Shown here piece after piece: positions 63,040-64,000 of a stretch of 64,000 nucleotides of DNA. How positions within the stretch are numbered: the first letter of the stretch is position 1; every line of letters begins with the position of its first letter. The stretch lies in assembly GCA_965153285.1 (NCBI GenBank), contig OZ229126.1; one strand, written 5' to 3'. The stretch comes from Podarcis tiliguerta. Taxonomy: Eukaryota. Below the pieces are notes generated by a model that saw only the letters and a list, made by a program, of their open reading frames with translations, had not been told where the DNA came from and ran no database searches. A program made the translations under genes and the position numbers.

Positions 63040-64000
63040 CCTGAGGATTTCCAGCTTTGAGCACCCTGCAGGCAAGTTGCCACCAGGAGCAAGGAAACCA
63101 AATACTTATGGTATTTATGGTGTACTGATGGGTTGATTGGGCTTTCAGGAAGTAATGGAACTGCTAGGAAGTGAGATCTGTTACATTAGATAGCCCAAAC
63201 CATAATGGTTTGATCACACTGCATTCCCACCACATGTGTAAAAAAATACCTTTACCACCACAGTAATGCCATCCTTGGGAAGTTGCTCTGTGCTTTCTCC
63301 ACTTTGATCCTTGTTTCCCAGTTCTGAGTTGTGCTTGTAAAAGAAAGCTCTGGGTTTTCCTATTCCCTGTAATGGAGAATCTGAAAAAGGTTTATCCTGG
63401 CCACTGAAAGGTAATCTAAGTAAGCCATTTGAATTTATCGTCATCAGTATTTAGAAATACATGTATGAAACCATGTTAAAATACATGCCTATCTAGGGCA
63501 TTCCAGTGAACAGGCCTTGAAATAAATACGTCAAACTACCACTAAGTTGGTGATTTCGCCTCCACCCCATATTACATATTTCTTATTGAATTTCAGACTG
63601 GGAATTTCTGTATTGCAGAAAGAAACTGTTCAGCTCCTTCTATATCTGCTTAGTTTCTTTTCTTCCGCCACCCCCTGCTTACTTGGTGCAGATTGCCTTT
63701 CTCTTTATTATATAGCCATTAATTATAAGCAAGGGATACTGATCTTAGTATTTATCCCTGCACTTCCTTCAAAATAACTCAAAGTAGTGCATACCACTAG
63801 ATATATAATTATTCAGTCCTAGATTACTTTTGGATAATTCACAGCAAGTGGATAATTCATCCAACCCCAATGCAGAAACAAGCACTCTACTTTTATATGC
63901 TACCATTATTATATGTTTTATAGAGGTGTATTTGCTGTGCTTTGTATTTGAAAGGATTAAGCCTGCTTTCTGCAGATGTTCTGTATCTGTAATGCAAAGA

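Overview
Vertebrate nuclear DNA, almost certainly from a lacertid lizard. The evidence is the repeat content: Sauria SINEs with (ACCTTT)n tails, Bov-B LINE 3' ends, Squam-type SINEs and squamate CR1/L2/L1 tails. I find no credible protein-coding exon; the ORF track is noise except for LINE remnants. A large CpG island (~8.1-10.65 kb) carries + strand splice signals consistent with a promoter and non-coding 5' exons of a gene I cannot identify. The following ~53 kb read as one very long intron filled with SINEs, LINE fragments, Tigger/hAT/PIF MITEs, solo LTRs and microsatellites, with one assembly gap. The most unusual signal is three highly diverged copies of a structured repeat (2.3, 57.5 and 60.5 kb). 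Each keeps a stem / U-rich internal loop / stem fold resembling an ENE (poly(A)-binding RNA triple-helix element), with compensatory changes in the stems. Also notable are a Sauria SINE with a ~77-bp target-site duplication, a templated inverted duplication at 39.5/40.3 kb, several nested insertions, and a FOX/POU motif cluster at 50.2-51.8 kb. Repeat family names come from recalled consensus sequences and need confirmation with Dfam/Repbase.
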